Assembly: GCA_000708835.1 (NCBI GenBank)
Contig: DF237245.1
Span: 52,491 to 110,037, forward strand
Reading direction: 5' to 3'
Origin: Klebsormidium nitens
Lineage: Eukaryota; Plantae; Klebsormidiophyceae
Length of the DNA: 57,547 nt
Shown here: positions 1 to 9,962 of the stretch, one piece after another
How positions within the stretch are numbered: position 1 is the first letter of the stretch
How the letters are laid out: every line of letters begins with the position of its first letter
Made by a program: the position numbers and the translations under genes
Notes under the pieces: model-generated
What the model was told of the DNA's origin: nothing
Databases searched by the model: none
What the model saw: the letters and a program-made list of their open reading frames with translations, nothing else

Positions 1-215
1 TATACGGTAGCGGTGGCCATCTTCCACCGGGGGATCCGTCACCCCATGGCACCCTGCTATATTGCAGCTAGAGCTCCGCTAAATTTGCGTTTTCACTGCC
101 GGTAGTTCAGGAAGGAGACGGTATGAACAGTCTGGCACACCGGGCTGATCAGCTGCAGCACCGGGACTAGCACACCGACAAACGAAAGGGGAATCCTCGC
201 CCCTTCCGCAGCGGA

Positions 216-311
216 TGGCCGGGTTCGAGAATCGAACACACGACCTTTCGGTCCAACCCCTTTTAGTGTGCTAGGTTAAGCACGACGCTCAACCAACTGA
301 GCTTGCCCGAG
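216..311 (-). pseudogene. Degenerate tRNA-like sequence (tRNA pseudogene or SINE head) with an intron-sized insert after the anticodon loop
   Basis: The reverse complement reads CTCGGGC-AA-GCTCAGTTGGTTGAGC-G-TCGTG-CTTAAC-(~22 nt)-ACCGA-AAGGTC-GTGTG-TTCGATT-CTCGA-ACCCGGCCA. The D-arm/A-box and TTCGA B-box are recognisable, but the acceptor, anticodon and T stems have several mismatches. Confidence 0.5.
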
Positions 312-489
312 GAGGCAGGAAGGAGACGATTGGAACGTCAAGCGAGGCGATTTGCACATCCTTTGGCCGGCTTGTTTCTTGAATCTTAGAAGTTTGGCCT
401 CTTTCTTGACCCAGCACTTTTGGCGGCAGCCAACACTAGTTCTTGCGGCCTGCTACGGGCCTGCTACACCATCTTGGTGCCGGTTGAAG

Positions 490-1737
490 ATGGAGGCGGG
501 ATGCGAGAGTGAGGGAAGCGGCTCGGAGAGCAGCTGGAGCAGTGAGGAGGACGGGAGCAGTGAGGAGGAATATTGTGCGGTCAGGCTAACGGACGATGTA
601 ATTGTCAACGTACTCAACAAAACGCAAAGGGCGTCTTGTCCTGGCAGCCTTGCTGATCAAATTCAGGTGCAACATGCCACTCTGATGGCAATGACGGCTG
701 TTGGTCAAGAATCTGTGAGTTTCCGGGAACGATGTTTAAGCAAGGTGGAGGCCATCTCCTGGGTGTTAATAACTGCAGGAGGGTTTAACGACCTGACGGC
801 ACACCTTGACCAACTAAGTCTGAGTGGCCCGTTGAAGAGTCTTTCGCTTTCGGTCCAAGAACCACTGGACCTGAGGGAATTCTGGAAGCAGAGAGAAGCG
901 GGACTCCAGGATCAGGAAGGGACAGGACTTCGGGATCAGGCAGAAGGAGGTCCCCGGAATCAGGAAGAAGTGGGACTCCGGGGTCAGAGAGAAGCAGGGC
1001 TGGGCGTTGCTGCCAACTTTTATAAGTTGGAGCACTTAGCATTGTCCTTGGGGACCCCTTCTGCTTCGGAACGTGTCCTGTCAGCGCTGACATTATGCTC
1101 TGGGCTGACGTCCCTCTCAATAGACTGCACCTGGGAAGGATATGCAGACCTCCAGGGGCAGATGGGAGCATGGCTGGGCATCGCTGCCAACTGTCCTAAG
1201 TTGGAGCACTTAGCCTTGTCCTTGGGGACCCATTCTGCTTCGGAACCTGTTCTGCCGATGCTGGCAGCGTGCTCTGGGCTGAAGTCTCTCTCATTAGAAT
1301 GCGCCTGGGTGGTCAAAGCAAGGTCCCCACTCGTGTCGACATATCTGGATGCTCCCTGGGCGGAGCTACTCGTGAACCTGACGGGTCTCCAGCGTCTCCA
1401 GCTGACCGGGTGCAGCATCGTGGCTCTTCCAAGCCTTCCAGAGTTGACCCACCTGTCCCTCAGCTTGTGTGCCGGGTTCGAGGGCTTCCCGGAGCTGCCG
1501 AAGTTGAAGCATCTAAAGCTGAGAGAATGCCACGACTGGGAGCTCCGAGAACCTGTGTTCAAATTGCTGCCCAGGCTGCAATGCAAGATCGAGGAGTGCG
1601 ACTGGCAGGTGACTGCTCCTGACTCCCTCATTGGGCATCCCATTGCATCCCTGGACACTTGGTTGGAAGATGCAGCAAATATTCTGCTGCTTGAAGTGAC
1701 CTCACAGGGAGGCTTGCTAGCTTCAAGATCCTTGTGA
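490..1737 (+). CDS. Intronless F-box-like/leucine-rich-repeat (RNI-like) protein
   Basis: The open frame runs 352-1737 and the first ATG is at 490 (MEAGCESEG). An acidic N-terminus precedes a degenerate F-box-like start (RLTDDVIVNVL). LRR-type segments follow: LEHLALSL, LTSLSIDC, LQRLQLTGC, LTHLSLSLC, LKHLKLREC. Confidence 0.7.
   Translation: MEAGCESEGSGSESSWSSEEDGSSEEEYCAVRLTDDVIVNVLNKTQRASCPGSLADQIQVQHATLMAMTAVGQESVSFRERCLSKVEAISWVLITAGGFNDLTAHLDQLSLSGPLKSLSLSVQEPLDLREFWKQREAGLQDQEGTGLRDQAEGGPRNQEEVGLRGQREAGLGVAANFYKLEHLALSLGTPSASERVLSALTLCSGLTSLSIDCTWEGYADLQGQMGAWLGIAANCPKLEHLALSLGTHSASEPVLPMLAACSGLKSLSLECAWVVKARSPLVSTYLDAPWAELLVNLTGLQRLQLTGCSIVALPSLPELTHLSLSLCAGFEGFPELPKLKHLKLRECHDWELREPVFKLLPRLQCKIEECDWQVTAPDSLIGHPIASLDTWLEDAANILLLEVTSQGGLLASRSL
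889..1008 (+). repeat. Coding minisatellite, 5 x 24 bp (8-aa unit)
   Basis: QREAGLQD/QEGTGLRD/QAEGGPRN/QEEVGLRG/QREAGLG. The DNA units start CAG every 24 nt. Confidence 0.85.
999..1308 (+). repeat. Internal duplication of an LRR module (period 174 bp, 58 aa)
   Basis: 999-1134 and 1173-1308 share gctgggc..gctgccaac...taagttggagcacttagc.ttgtccttggggaccc.ttctgcttcggaac. Confidence 0.9.
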
Positions 1738-2467
1738 CAAGCTCAGCTGACCTAAGGTAGTTGCCTGCCTATCTTGAAACGACAGGAGTCGCATGGTAAC
1801 AGTCTGTTTGGCCACTAGGTTTCTGAGCTCAGTCAGGTGGATATCTTAGTCCCTGCTGACCTAAAGGATGATGCAGACTTTCTCCTGATCCACCTCTCCC
1901 TTGTCAAAGCTGGGGAAGCTGTTGAGGGCATGTCTAACAAGGGTCAGCTGACTGCATCCGGATCACCAGGCAGAGTACAGATGATATATGCATCCTCCTG
2001 AATCAGCCAGCTGTGCCATCTTGAATGATGGGACTCCAGTTCACCACTCTGTTGCCCTCATTGCAGTGCGTGGAATCCAACGAGTGTCGAGGGGAGCCCA
2101 CTTTTGAGGTTGACTGTGGGTCCCTTTGTGAAGAGCACGAGGATAATCAGTAAGGCGCATCATCTTCTTGATTGTCTCTCCCGTTTGTTATTGCTCTTTT
2201 TGCTCAATCTGTCAGTTACATTCCTGGTTCAACTTGTAGTAAATTGCGTTATCTCTAGAATGGTGGATTTGGTCAGGATTGCCCGCACTTCCTTTGGCAT
2301 TGCTTGCAAACTGGGATCTGCTTTCGTTTCATCGCACGCATTACTGCTAGAAAGCCAGCCTCCTTCCCTTTCAGTGATCTTACATGATGCATTTCTACCT
2401 GAAGGTTTGAGTTGCAAAGATAGCACTCTTTATACAAGGAGCAGAACTTATCCTGACTTTATATCAT

Positions 2468-3022
2468 GTGTGCAGTTCTGAATGCGTGGACTGCGGGCGC
2501 TGGTGCAAAAATCACGAGCGACCAGGCTTGGTTTGGTGTGACAGTCCGTCATGCTATGAGAAGATAGCAGTGTGTTATTACTGCTCTTCAAAAAACATGT
2601 GCAAAAAGCAAGATCTTGGCAAGGTTCTCCAGAAGTTGAAGGGACAGGCGGACATAGATGTTTACTGCGATACGTGCTTTCGGACTATTATTAGTGCAAT
2701 GGAAAACGAGACAAAAGACTCCTCAAATGCTTGGGCACTTGGGGTGCATATCTGTGGATGCTCGGACCCCGTTGAAGACACGGCCCGAAAGCAGTGCACG
2801 GGCAAGAAGCTCTTATGTCCATCTGGAAGCGATAAAAGCGAAGACTTGGTTGTGATTGATGGGGTGTTGGTTGGGCAAAGGGTTGGCGAGGGGATTGCGA
2901 ACGCGTCTCAAGATGACACTGATGTGGAGGACAGCGAAGCCGAAGCCGAAGCCGAAGCCCGCGCCGAAGAGGAGTACAAGTTTATGTCCCGGTGTTACAA
3001 CGAGCGTATCCGGTCAAGGTAG
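2468..3022 (+). CDS. Cys-rich putative zinc-binding protein with an acidic tail (possibly the last exon of a larger gene)
   Basis: A 184-aa ORF with CxxC-type motifs (CVDC, CYYC, CDTC, CDSPSC) and a DDTDVEDSEAEAEAE tail encoded by (GAAGCC)n. A possible acceptor (tgcag) lies near 2476. Confidence 0.5.
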   Translation: MCSSECVDCGRWCKNHERPGLVWCDSPSCYEKIAVCYYCSSKNMCKKQDLGKVLQKLKGQADIDVYCDTCFRTIISAMENETKDSSNAWALGVHICGCSDPVEDTARKQCTGKKLLCPSGSDKSEDLVVIDGVLVGQRVGEGIANASQDDTDVEDSEAEAEAEARAEEEYKFMSRCYNERIRSR

Positions 3023-5399
3023 GAATTCCCATTCATGGATAGTTCGCTGCACTCGTTTCTGATGTGGTCAGAAAGCTTTGCTTACATATCTGAGCTAGTG
3101 CACTCGTCATACTCAAGGACGTCATACGTTCTTCGCGCCAAGGGTTTTGTCCTGAGTGGGCTTTGTCGCTCTTTATACCTCTGTACAACGGTTTACTCGT
3201 ATCTTCTTGCAGCTCGGCTCGCTCGACTGGCGACCTGCGCCACCTGCCCGATTTTGGGATGGCGGACGCGTACCCTAGCCTCCAAGGGCGGGAGGCGATC
3301 GATGAGTATCTGTCTTCAGTCATGAACCAGCATTTCTGATCCCACAAAACACCTATACTTGCTTGAAGAGCTCGTAGGTTCGGTCCAAGCGACTTGCCCA
3401 TCCACTTCTACACTGGAGAGGGCTTGTATGTCCGCTCATTGTCGCAAAACGGACCGATCGATCTTAAAAGTTGCCACCGAAAAGTTGAAGCCATCGCAAA
3501 CGCACTCAGTCACGACATCCACGCGCATGGATCCATATCGAAGCATGTATTGTTGTCCTTCTGAGGACATCACTTCACGGAAGAGACTTTGTCATATACA
3601 TTAGATGATGCAAAGATAGAGATGCAACGGTGCTTCTGGGCCAATATACCGGCAAAGCAAGCAGCGAGCGCCTGTGTGCATGCATCTATTCCTGTCGATG
3701 TCATACTCGGTGCGTCTTGGTTCTCGATCGTGAAACTTGAACTTCGCCCTTGCATTCTAGCAGTATAGCTGTCTGATGCGCCCTAACCAGCAATATCGGC
3801 GGGTGCTCACGACTCCATCTTCCGTATGCATTGTTGTCCATCTGTGCTTTTCCTGCACTCAATCGAAGTCGAGCTTCGCCAACTGAGAAGCTTGATGATT
3901 TTACGATTTGCGAAGCGATTATTCGCAGACGATGCGGGTCGAGGAACTTAGCAACCTGACGACATGTTAGAGCGTGCTCCCGGATCAATACATCTCTGCT
4001 TCACGCTTCTTGGGTCACTTGGAAAGCAACCAGTTTCACACAGACACTGCTTATGCCTGTTGCGGTACTCTTCGTTCTTATCGCGCGGCGTTCTACAGCC
4101 TTGTTTGCCCGCTCCGTTTTCGCCCGTTCGAACGGTTCTAGCGATTGAGTCCGTCGCTTCGCCGTCAATCTGCCGAAGTATGAAGCAATTCTCTATTTTA
4201 AAGTGGGCGCTCGCTTTATTCCAATGCGACTTCAGAGATGCAACTCGGCAGAGGCTCGGTCTCAACACGTTGGAATCGGCATCGATCGGAGTGCAGTCAG
4301 TCTTCTGGCCATGACAAGATCCGGACGTGAGCCTCGTATAAGCTCACACTTTCTTCTCTTGGGAAACCATTCCTGAAGCCATCTCTAAGTCACATGCAGT
4401 TCGGCTAGTCTAAATCCTTTCACAAGGGCGAGAAGCCTTCGAAGGTTTGGCCAGCATATGCATCGTGCGTCGGTTTTGACGTAACTTGTTTGCTTGCCCC
4501 TACTATCTTGCACGTGTCAATGCAAACTTGCCAGCATGATTGGCAGGACAGTAGCAACGGTTGCGATAGTTGACTGAGGATTCTTGCAAGCTCAAGAGCT
4601 CAGCAACCGAATCCATTTTCCTTTAAATTGCGTTGTTACAAAAGTGGCTTTCAAACAGTACCTATAGCAACGATGAAGGCCTGCGGCAGTGGATGCGCAA
4701 GCGGAACTCTGATTGTCATGCAAAGCCGCAAGCATCCGTTCAATCTGTGCGCAGTGGATTTGCGTTGAGTTTCTGGACGTACTGAGTGTGATCTTGATTC
4801 GAGCGCGTATAACGAGGACCGCTGCTGAGCTCCCTCTGATTCATTCAGCGACTTCTTCGGGGCGTGGCTTCTCCCGATTAAGTGGGTTAAGGCGAAAGGT
4901 TGAGGCTCAGGAGTGCTGATTAAAGATCCCCATTCACCGTCCAGTTGACAGCATTGGCCGAGACTTCTGAAACCGCATCTGCAATTACAGACAAGTTTTC
5001 GACCGTAGATTCGCACGCCGCCACGGACAGTTGGAGTTGCTCATTGTCTTGAAAGATGCAGCCAGGCTCGGCCACTTTATGTCACGTACGTACGGTCCAG
5101 GAAGCGTCCGCCCTTCGGCAGACAAAATACGTTCGCGTGAGCCGATAGTAGTAGCAGGACGATTTTGTTCGCCAAGATTGTGGAGACTTTACAGCAATGA
5201 GCAGCGCCGCGCAGACTGAGCTAAGACGACAGTTCAAGCGAATCGAAGACCTCCTGGGGCATCCAAAGCCGTACCGGGCCCGCTCAGGGCCGCCATTAAA
5301 CCTCGGCCAGGGGCAGTTTTACTGCTTTATGTTGCATGTGTGTGCCAAGACGACACAGCTTATGTCTGCTTTTCGGACGATATTGATCTAGACCAAAAG

Positions 5400-7560
5400 C
5401 TTTCGCTGCAAACCCTTCGTGCTAGGGTCCAAAAGCGAGTCCTTAAGCACAGTCGTTTGGGCGTCTGATCTAGTCAACATGTTTCATCCACGTCTATCCG
5501 GCCACCAACTAGCTGTACGCTAGTGAAGCTTGTCTGTCTGGTTTCCCAACTTTTAGCCTGGGAGAAAATGACACCGATCTGTTGTATTCCGTCCACCCGG
5601 AGTCTCGTGCATCCAGCAGAATAAAAGTTTGAGCTCAAAGCCCAGTTGAGCGCTCGTTTTCATTGGCGTTTGTTAGCTTCGCATCTTTTCTATCTGCTTT
5701 CAATGCCTCTTGGTGAGCTGCTTTAAGCTGCAAACTTTATCGATGGTCAATGAGCTGCACACAAAGACTGTCAAGGACGAAAATGCGTTGAAGTTGACCC
5801 GGCTAGGGAACCCTACCGGGGCACGTCTCGAAGGAACCTTCACCGACGGCATCATCCTTTCCTCGGCTGGATCCAAAAGCGGTCTGCAAAACAAGTTCAA
5901 CTCGTGCATTGCTTGTGAAGAGACCGGGTGTAGTCTTTGGGCAGGCTTTTAGATCTAGCTCGAATTGGCACCGCACGTCGTCTGAGAGCAAGAAAATACT
6001 GTGTTCCGTGCGAGGTCATATTGCAGAGGGCCAGGCAGATCTTGAAGCCCTCGCAAAGGCGACTCAGGGTGACCGTTTCAGACACTTGTGCTCGGTCCGC
6101 TTTCCGATGAAATGCTGGAATCGCACGTCTGGATCACAAAGAACAAGGTTTAGTGAAAGAATCCATTCTTTACTAGCCGAGGTGCGGACGTTGCCACCGC
6201 CACGTGATTTGAAACAAGAGACGCTGTTCCAATTTCCGAGTCCGGTGCATGCACTCGACTCATGGAGAACAAGTTCAAAGGTTGCCAGTGTGCCTCGAAC
6301 AATCACCTCTCCAGCTTTTACATCGCTCGAATCTGGTCATGAAACGCGCGCAACCATCAAGGAGATTGCCTGGTGGTCCGGCCCTAAATCGAGCGCCTCG
6401 GATCAGGAGCCCTGATGTCAATACGTGATACCTTGTTTCGGTTGCTGCGAAACAAGATTGTTCAGATGAGGGTTTTGCTGAGACGGTGTGTCTTGCTACC
6501 ACCCTGCTTCTTGCTCCGTTCTTTAGTACAGCAACTAGTGGAACTGAAGTCGGAAACACATTTCAATCGCACAGCCGTTTTGTCCGTCGAGCTCGGAATC
6601 AATGCGTCAGTAGTGTCACGCCCAGCCCAGAACCTCCGTGCACTTTGTTCCTGCTTGCGGTCTGAGGCGCCTTGCAAAGGGATCCACAAACCCGGAAACA
6701 GTTGTCGGCTTCCGAGCCCGCTCTCAATTCAAAAGAACATGTCGAAATCATTCCTGTAAAGGCCGACCGTCTAGCTTCATCGGACACATGCATGAGACCC
6801 TTGTCTACCGTAACCATTTCATGTCTTGGCAATGACTAGCGCTCTATTGCTTTGAGCTTCTCCTGCTCACGTGTAGGGTCATTGGGGCAGTCTGATGCCA
6901 AATTCCAGTCTGTCTGTCGCCGTCACACTAATGAAAATCACTGCGAGTCTTTATCGCTCCGTTTGGCGTTAGCATTAAGCACGTGCTTGAAACCATTTGA
7001 CGTCCTAGTATTGCGCCACATGCCGTACTCTCTTCTTTGGTCCTGGGAGCTCCATTGGTTGCGAACCATAATTTTGACCTGCTGCTATTGCTTGCACCGC
7101 GTTGAGTATTGCGGTAAGTTTATTTCCCGGTCCTCGGATCGGTCTTACTGCGCAAAATGGGTCTCCGCTTGAGGATGTGCACTGTACGAACATCGTCACC
7201 CAGCGGATCAAATACTGACCTGGTGCCTTTGTCACAACGTACAAACCAATCATTTCGAATTGCTNNNNNNNNNNNNNNNNNNNNGCGCAAATACTTCTAA
7301 CATCCGATGCCAACTCAACAAATATTTCGTGCTTCCCATCGAACAATCCTGTGTGGTCACAGCTCGCGTGCTTCCTGCAATCAATGGCGTCGTAGTCCGC
7401 CCCTCATTCTGCTCTGATATCTCTTGTTGCGATGGCCTTAGACGTCATTTTTGCAACTCGATATACTTCGCGGCCTTTAAATGACAGGCGTCGCCGCCTG
7501 TCGGGCCTCTCTTTCAGGATTTATAATCTGGACGCGCCTTCCGTTTAAACTGGACGTGGA
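5400..7560 (-). pseudogene. Decayed member of minus-strand family 'L' (LRR-like remnants); boundaries approximate
   Basis: Shares sequence with 23160-23900 (e.g. aactcgtgcattgcttgtgaa near 5900 vs aacctcgtgcattgcttgtgaa near 23406) and with 31340-31560. An LRR-like fragment reads FSSLTVFVCSSLTIDKVCSLKQLT. There are many stops. Confidence 0.45.
7265..7284. other. Assembly gap (20 N)
   Basis: A run of n in the sequence. Confidence 1.
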
Positions 7561-7585
7561 TCTGGGAACAAAGAAGCGTGCTGGG

Positions 7586-7664
7586 ATGCAAGCTTCTCAT
7601 GCGCGCCCAATCGTGACGAGCCTGGAAAGAGCATGTCAGGCGCGCGCGGGATGGTCGGGCGGCC
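7586..7664. promoter_or_regulatory. Repeated GC-rich module X (ATGCAAGCTT...GGTCGGGCGGCC), copy 1; other copies at 22161-22219 and 31609-31691
   Basis: The same two motifs occur in the same order three times, each directly right of an L-family remnant. Confidence 0.55.
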
Positions 7665-7867
7665 GTTCAGCCCGACGGCCAGCCGCGCTCAGGAGGCGCT
7701 AGCGACTGGCAAAGTGCATTCCTTTCGCGGCAGAGAGAAGAGTCACATTTTGCGCTTATTTCTGCCCGCCCGCAACGAGCGCGGTCGCCTTCTCGAAACT
7801 TTGCGCTGTTACCGTTGCGGGCCTTGCATTCTAGTCAAATGACTGAGTAAACTTAGCCTCATCTGTG

Positions 7868-8060
7868 GCGCTGCGGCTTACCTTGAACATGACTGATTCA
7901 GAACGAAAACACCAGCACATAAGAGCGCGGCGAAACCGCATTGGTCAGTGCGCGCGTGACCGCGCTTAGCGGCCTCTTTGTGGGCGCGTGCTCGCGCGGG
8001 GATCTGCACCTACTGCCGGGCACCCTGCGAGGCGGCGGCCGCGAGCATCCGCGGCCGCGA
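7868..8060. promoter_or_regulatory. Repeated GC-rich module Y (AGCGGCCCGTCTGTGGGCGCG...CACCCTGCAAGGCGGCCGC), copy 1; other copies near 26331-26462, 29245-29352 and 30127-30210
   Basis: Four recognisable copies, each directly upstream of a plus-strand K-family remnant. Confidence 0.6.
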
Positions 8061-8099
8061 CCTGGCGGCACGTCTCGGGACTAGCTCGCATCTTCTGCA

Positions 8100-8760
8100 C
8101 CGGGGGTAAGGCTGGTGTTATCCGTACGTCCGAAGCAACTTTGATGTAGATTCCCCTTGGAATCACTTTCTTTTTCTGTTGATGTCAGCAGGTCGGTCCG
8201 TTTATGAATACACGCGCCGATCGGAGGACGCGTCCTGCAAGTCTGGCACAATGAGAAAGCTCGCGATAACAACTGTGTTGGAAGGTGACGCTTTCCTCAT
8301 ACGACGGGGGGGCCCAGATGTTGTCTATGAAGAGCCACAGGGGGTGACCGGAAGGTCAGGCCAAGATAACTTTCACTGTGAACGTGCCTCTGATGGCGGT
8401 GTTTCGATCAAGACAGCCATACAGACGGAACTCGGAAGCCTTACATTGGGCTCTTGTCTGTATAATTTTACGACGGACTAATTTACGACGGACTGATTTT
8501 GGGATACCGATGAAGAATCGTCTTTCCCTGCTTAAATTTGGACACTGTCTCTGACACTTCGTCGCATCCATGTCCCTGAAATTTCTCACACCAATCATTT
8601 TTTTCAAGATCGAAAGACGCCGACGAAAGACACATGTACAAGTGACATTGGATACCCGGGCAGCTTCGTGTTTGTCTAGTCCGATCGTTTGCGAAGCACT
8701 TAATCTCTTGACGTAGTTGGTACGGTCACGTGCTTTTATATATTAGCTCCCTTCCCGCAT
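8100..8760 (+). pseudogene. Decayed member of plus-strand family 'K' (unknown product); paralogs at ~26500-27100 and ~30240-30800
   Basis: Shared blocks are gaagagccac.gg.g..accggaag.tcag (near 8329, 26728, 30467) and gatcgga.gacgcgtcctgca (near 8219, 30359). All copies are interrupted by stops. Confidence 0.5.
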
Positions 8761-8859
8761 TTGAAAGCGATTTCGCGATCCCGGCCTCTGAAAAGCGCTG
8801 AACGATTGAAAAGCTCTCAGCGGTCCGCGCCATGGTTGGACCGAGCGTTCTAGACGGTG

Positions 8860-9227
8860 CATTAATAAGGCGTTTAGGTTGCAGTGCTAAAAAGAAAACC
8901 TTCAACTAGCTGTTCAATCAGAATGAAGGCCTGCTATTTATCAAACTTAGAATTTCTAGAAAGCTTGGGAAGGGCCATCTTAAATGGTTGTGCCTAATGT
9001 TTGCAGCAATGACGGTTCCTCCTTTAAGGATTTGCTCAACAGGGAACCCAAGGCTATAAAAGGCGCGGATGCTGCCATTGCTACCGGAGGTTTGCGAGCG
9101 TTGACTTCAGTTTGTTCTCCAGTGGCAATCAAGTGAACAGCCTACTGATGAGCCGTCAGCATTCCGATTTGGTTCAAGGCGATGAGGATGGGCGCAGCAC
9201 ATGCATGCATGAGCTCCGATGCGTTTG
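8860..9227 (-). pseudogene. L-family remnant, left part, split by the Plavaka transposon (continues at 21870-22160)
   Basis: Colinear with 30960-31305: gcagcaatga, gcgc.gatgctgcca.tgct, ttgacttc, gcgatg.ggat, tgagctcc. Confidence 0.6.
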
Positions 9228-9239
9228 CATCACAAAAGG

Positions 9240-9720
9240 TCACTCGATATCGAACCTATAGAAATCCGTACAGGCCCGTTTGGATCCTATACGCAAACCA
9301 TGTGTGGGCAGATCCCGTGTTGAGAACCATACAAAACCATATGGGCTTGGGAGCTATACATCTCCGATATCAAATGCATACAGATCCGGTATAAATAACC
9401 ATACAGGCTCTTTATAGGGTCGGTACAGGCATTGGTACAGCTATAGCTCCTTTATCGACTTGCACATGGGTCCTATACAACACACCATAAAGGCTTTACA
9501 TAGGGTTGATATGGCTGTCCATATAGACCTGATTGCTTATACCGGTTTCCTAGCGGTAGTTCTATGATATATGTATAAGACACATATCAGTTTCATATTA
9601 GAAATCATACAGGGTCTCGGGGGCTGTACAAGGTGAAGAAGTCTTCTGCATGGAATCCATACAGAGAATGTGTAGGTCGGAAACGTTACTGCATGGGTTG
9701 CGTACACAACGTATACCGAT
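9240..9720. repeat. Left subterminal field of short degenerate repeats (CCATACAG/GGTACAG/CCTATA)
   Basis: More than a dozen variants, including ccgtacagg, ccatacaaaa, gcatacaga, ccatacagg, cggtacagg, tggtacag, cctatacaa, tcatacagg and ccatacaga. Confidence 0.7.
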
Positions 9721-9962
9721 GTCGCTCGGACCACGTATATAAGTAGCAGCCAATTCAGATTCAACACGAGATTTCATGTCAAGCAAGTCGCCTTCTTACG
9801 AAACCAACTTGAAGCAAGCATCGATTGTCACAAGCGACCGGAGTATCAACAAGGATCGACTGTTTTGTTAGAGACCTGAAACAGCCGATGGTATCCAGCA
9901 AACTGGATGATGCTTGTCCACGTTTTCGCAAAAGTCAGGTCTATGCTGGCGAAACAACTCGA

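Noticed and set aside
352-489. N-terminal 46 codons of the listed 461-aa ORF
   Set aside because: It begins at TTG; the first ATG is at 490, as expected for a eukaryotic gene.
3033-5400. Several 60-120-aa ORFs that may be further decayed genes
   Set aside because: I found no reproducible homology to other parts of the window and no known motifs.
7260-7484. ORFs spanning the N-run
   Set aside because: They cross an assembly gap of unverified length, so the frames are meaningless.
9240-9720. Possible CRISPR-like or regularly spaced array
   Set aside because: The motifs are short, degenerate and irregularly spaced, there are no cas genes, and the context is a eukaryotic transposon end.
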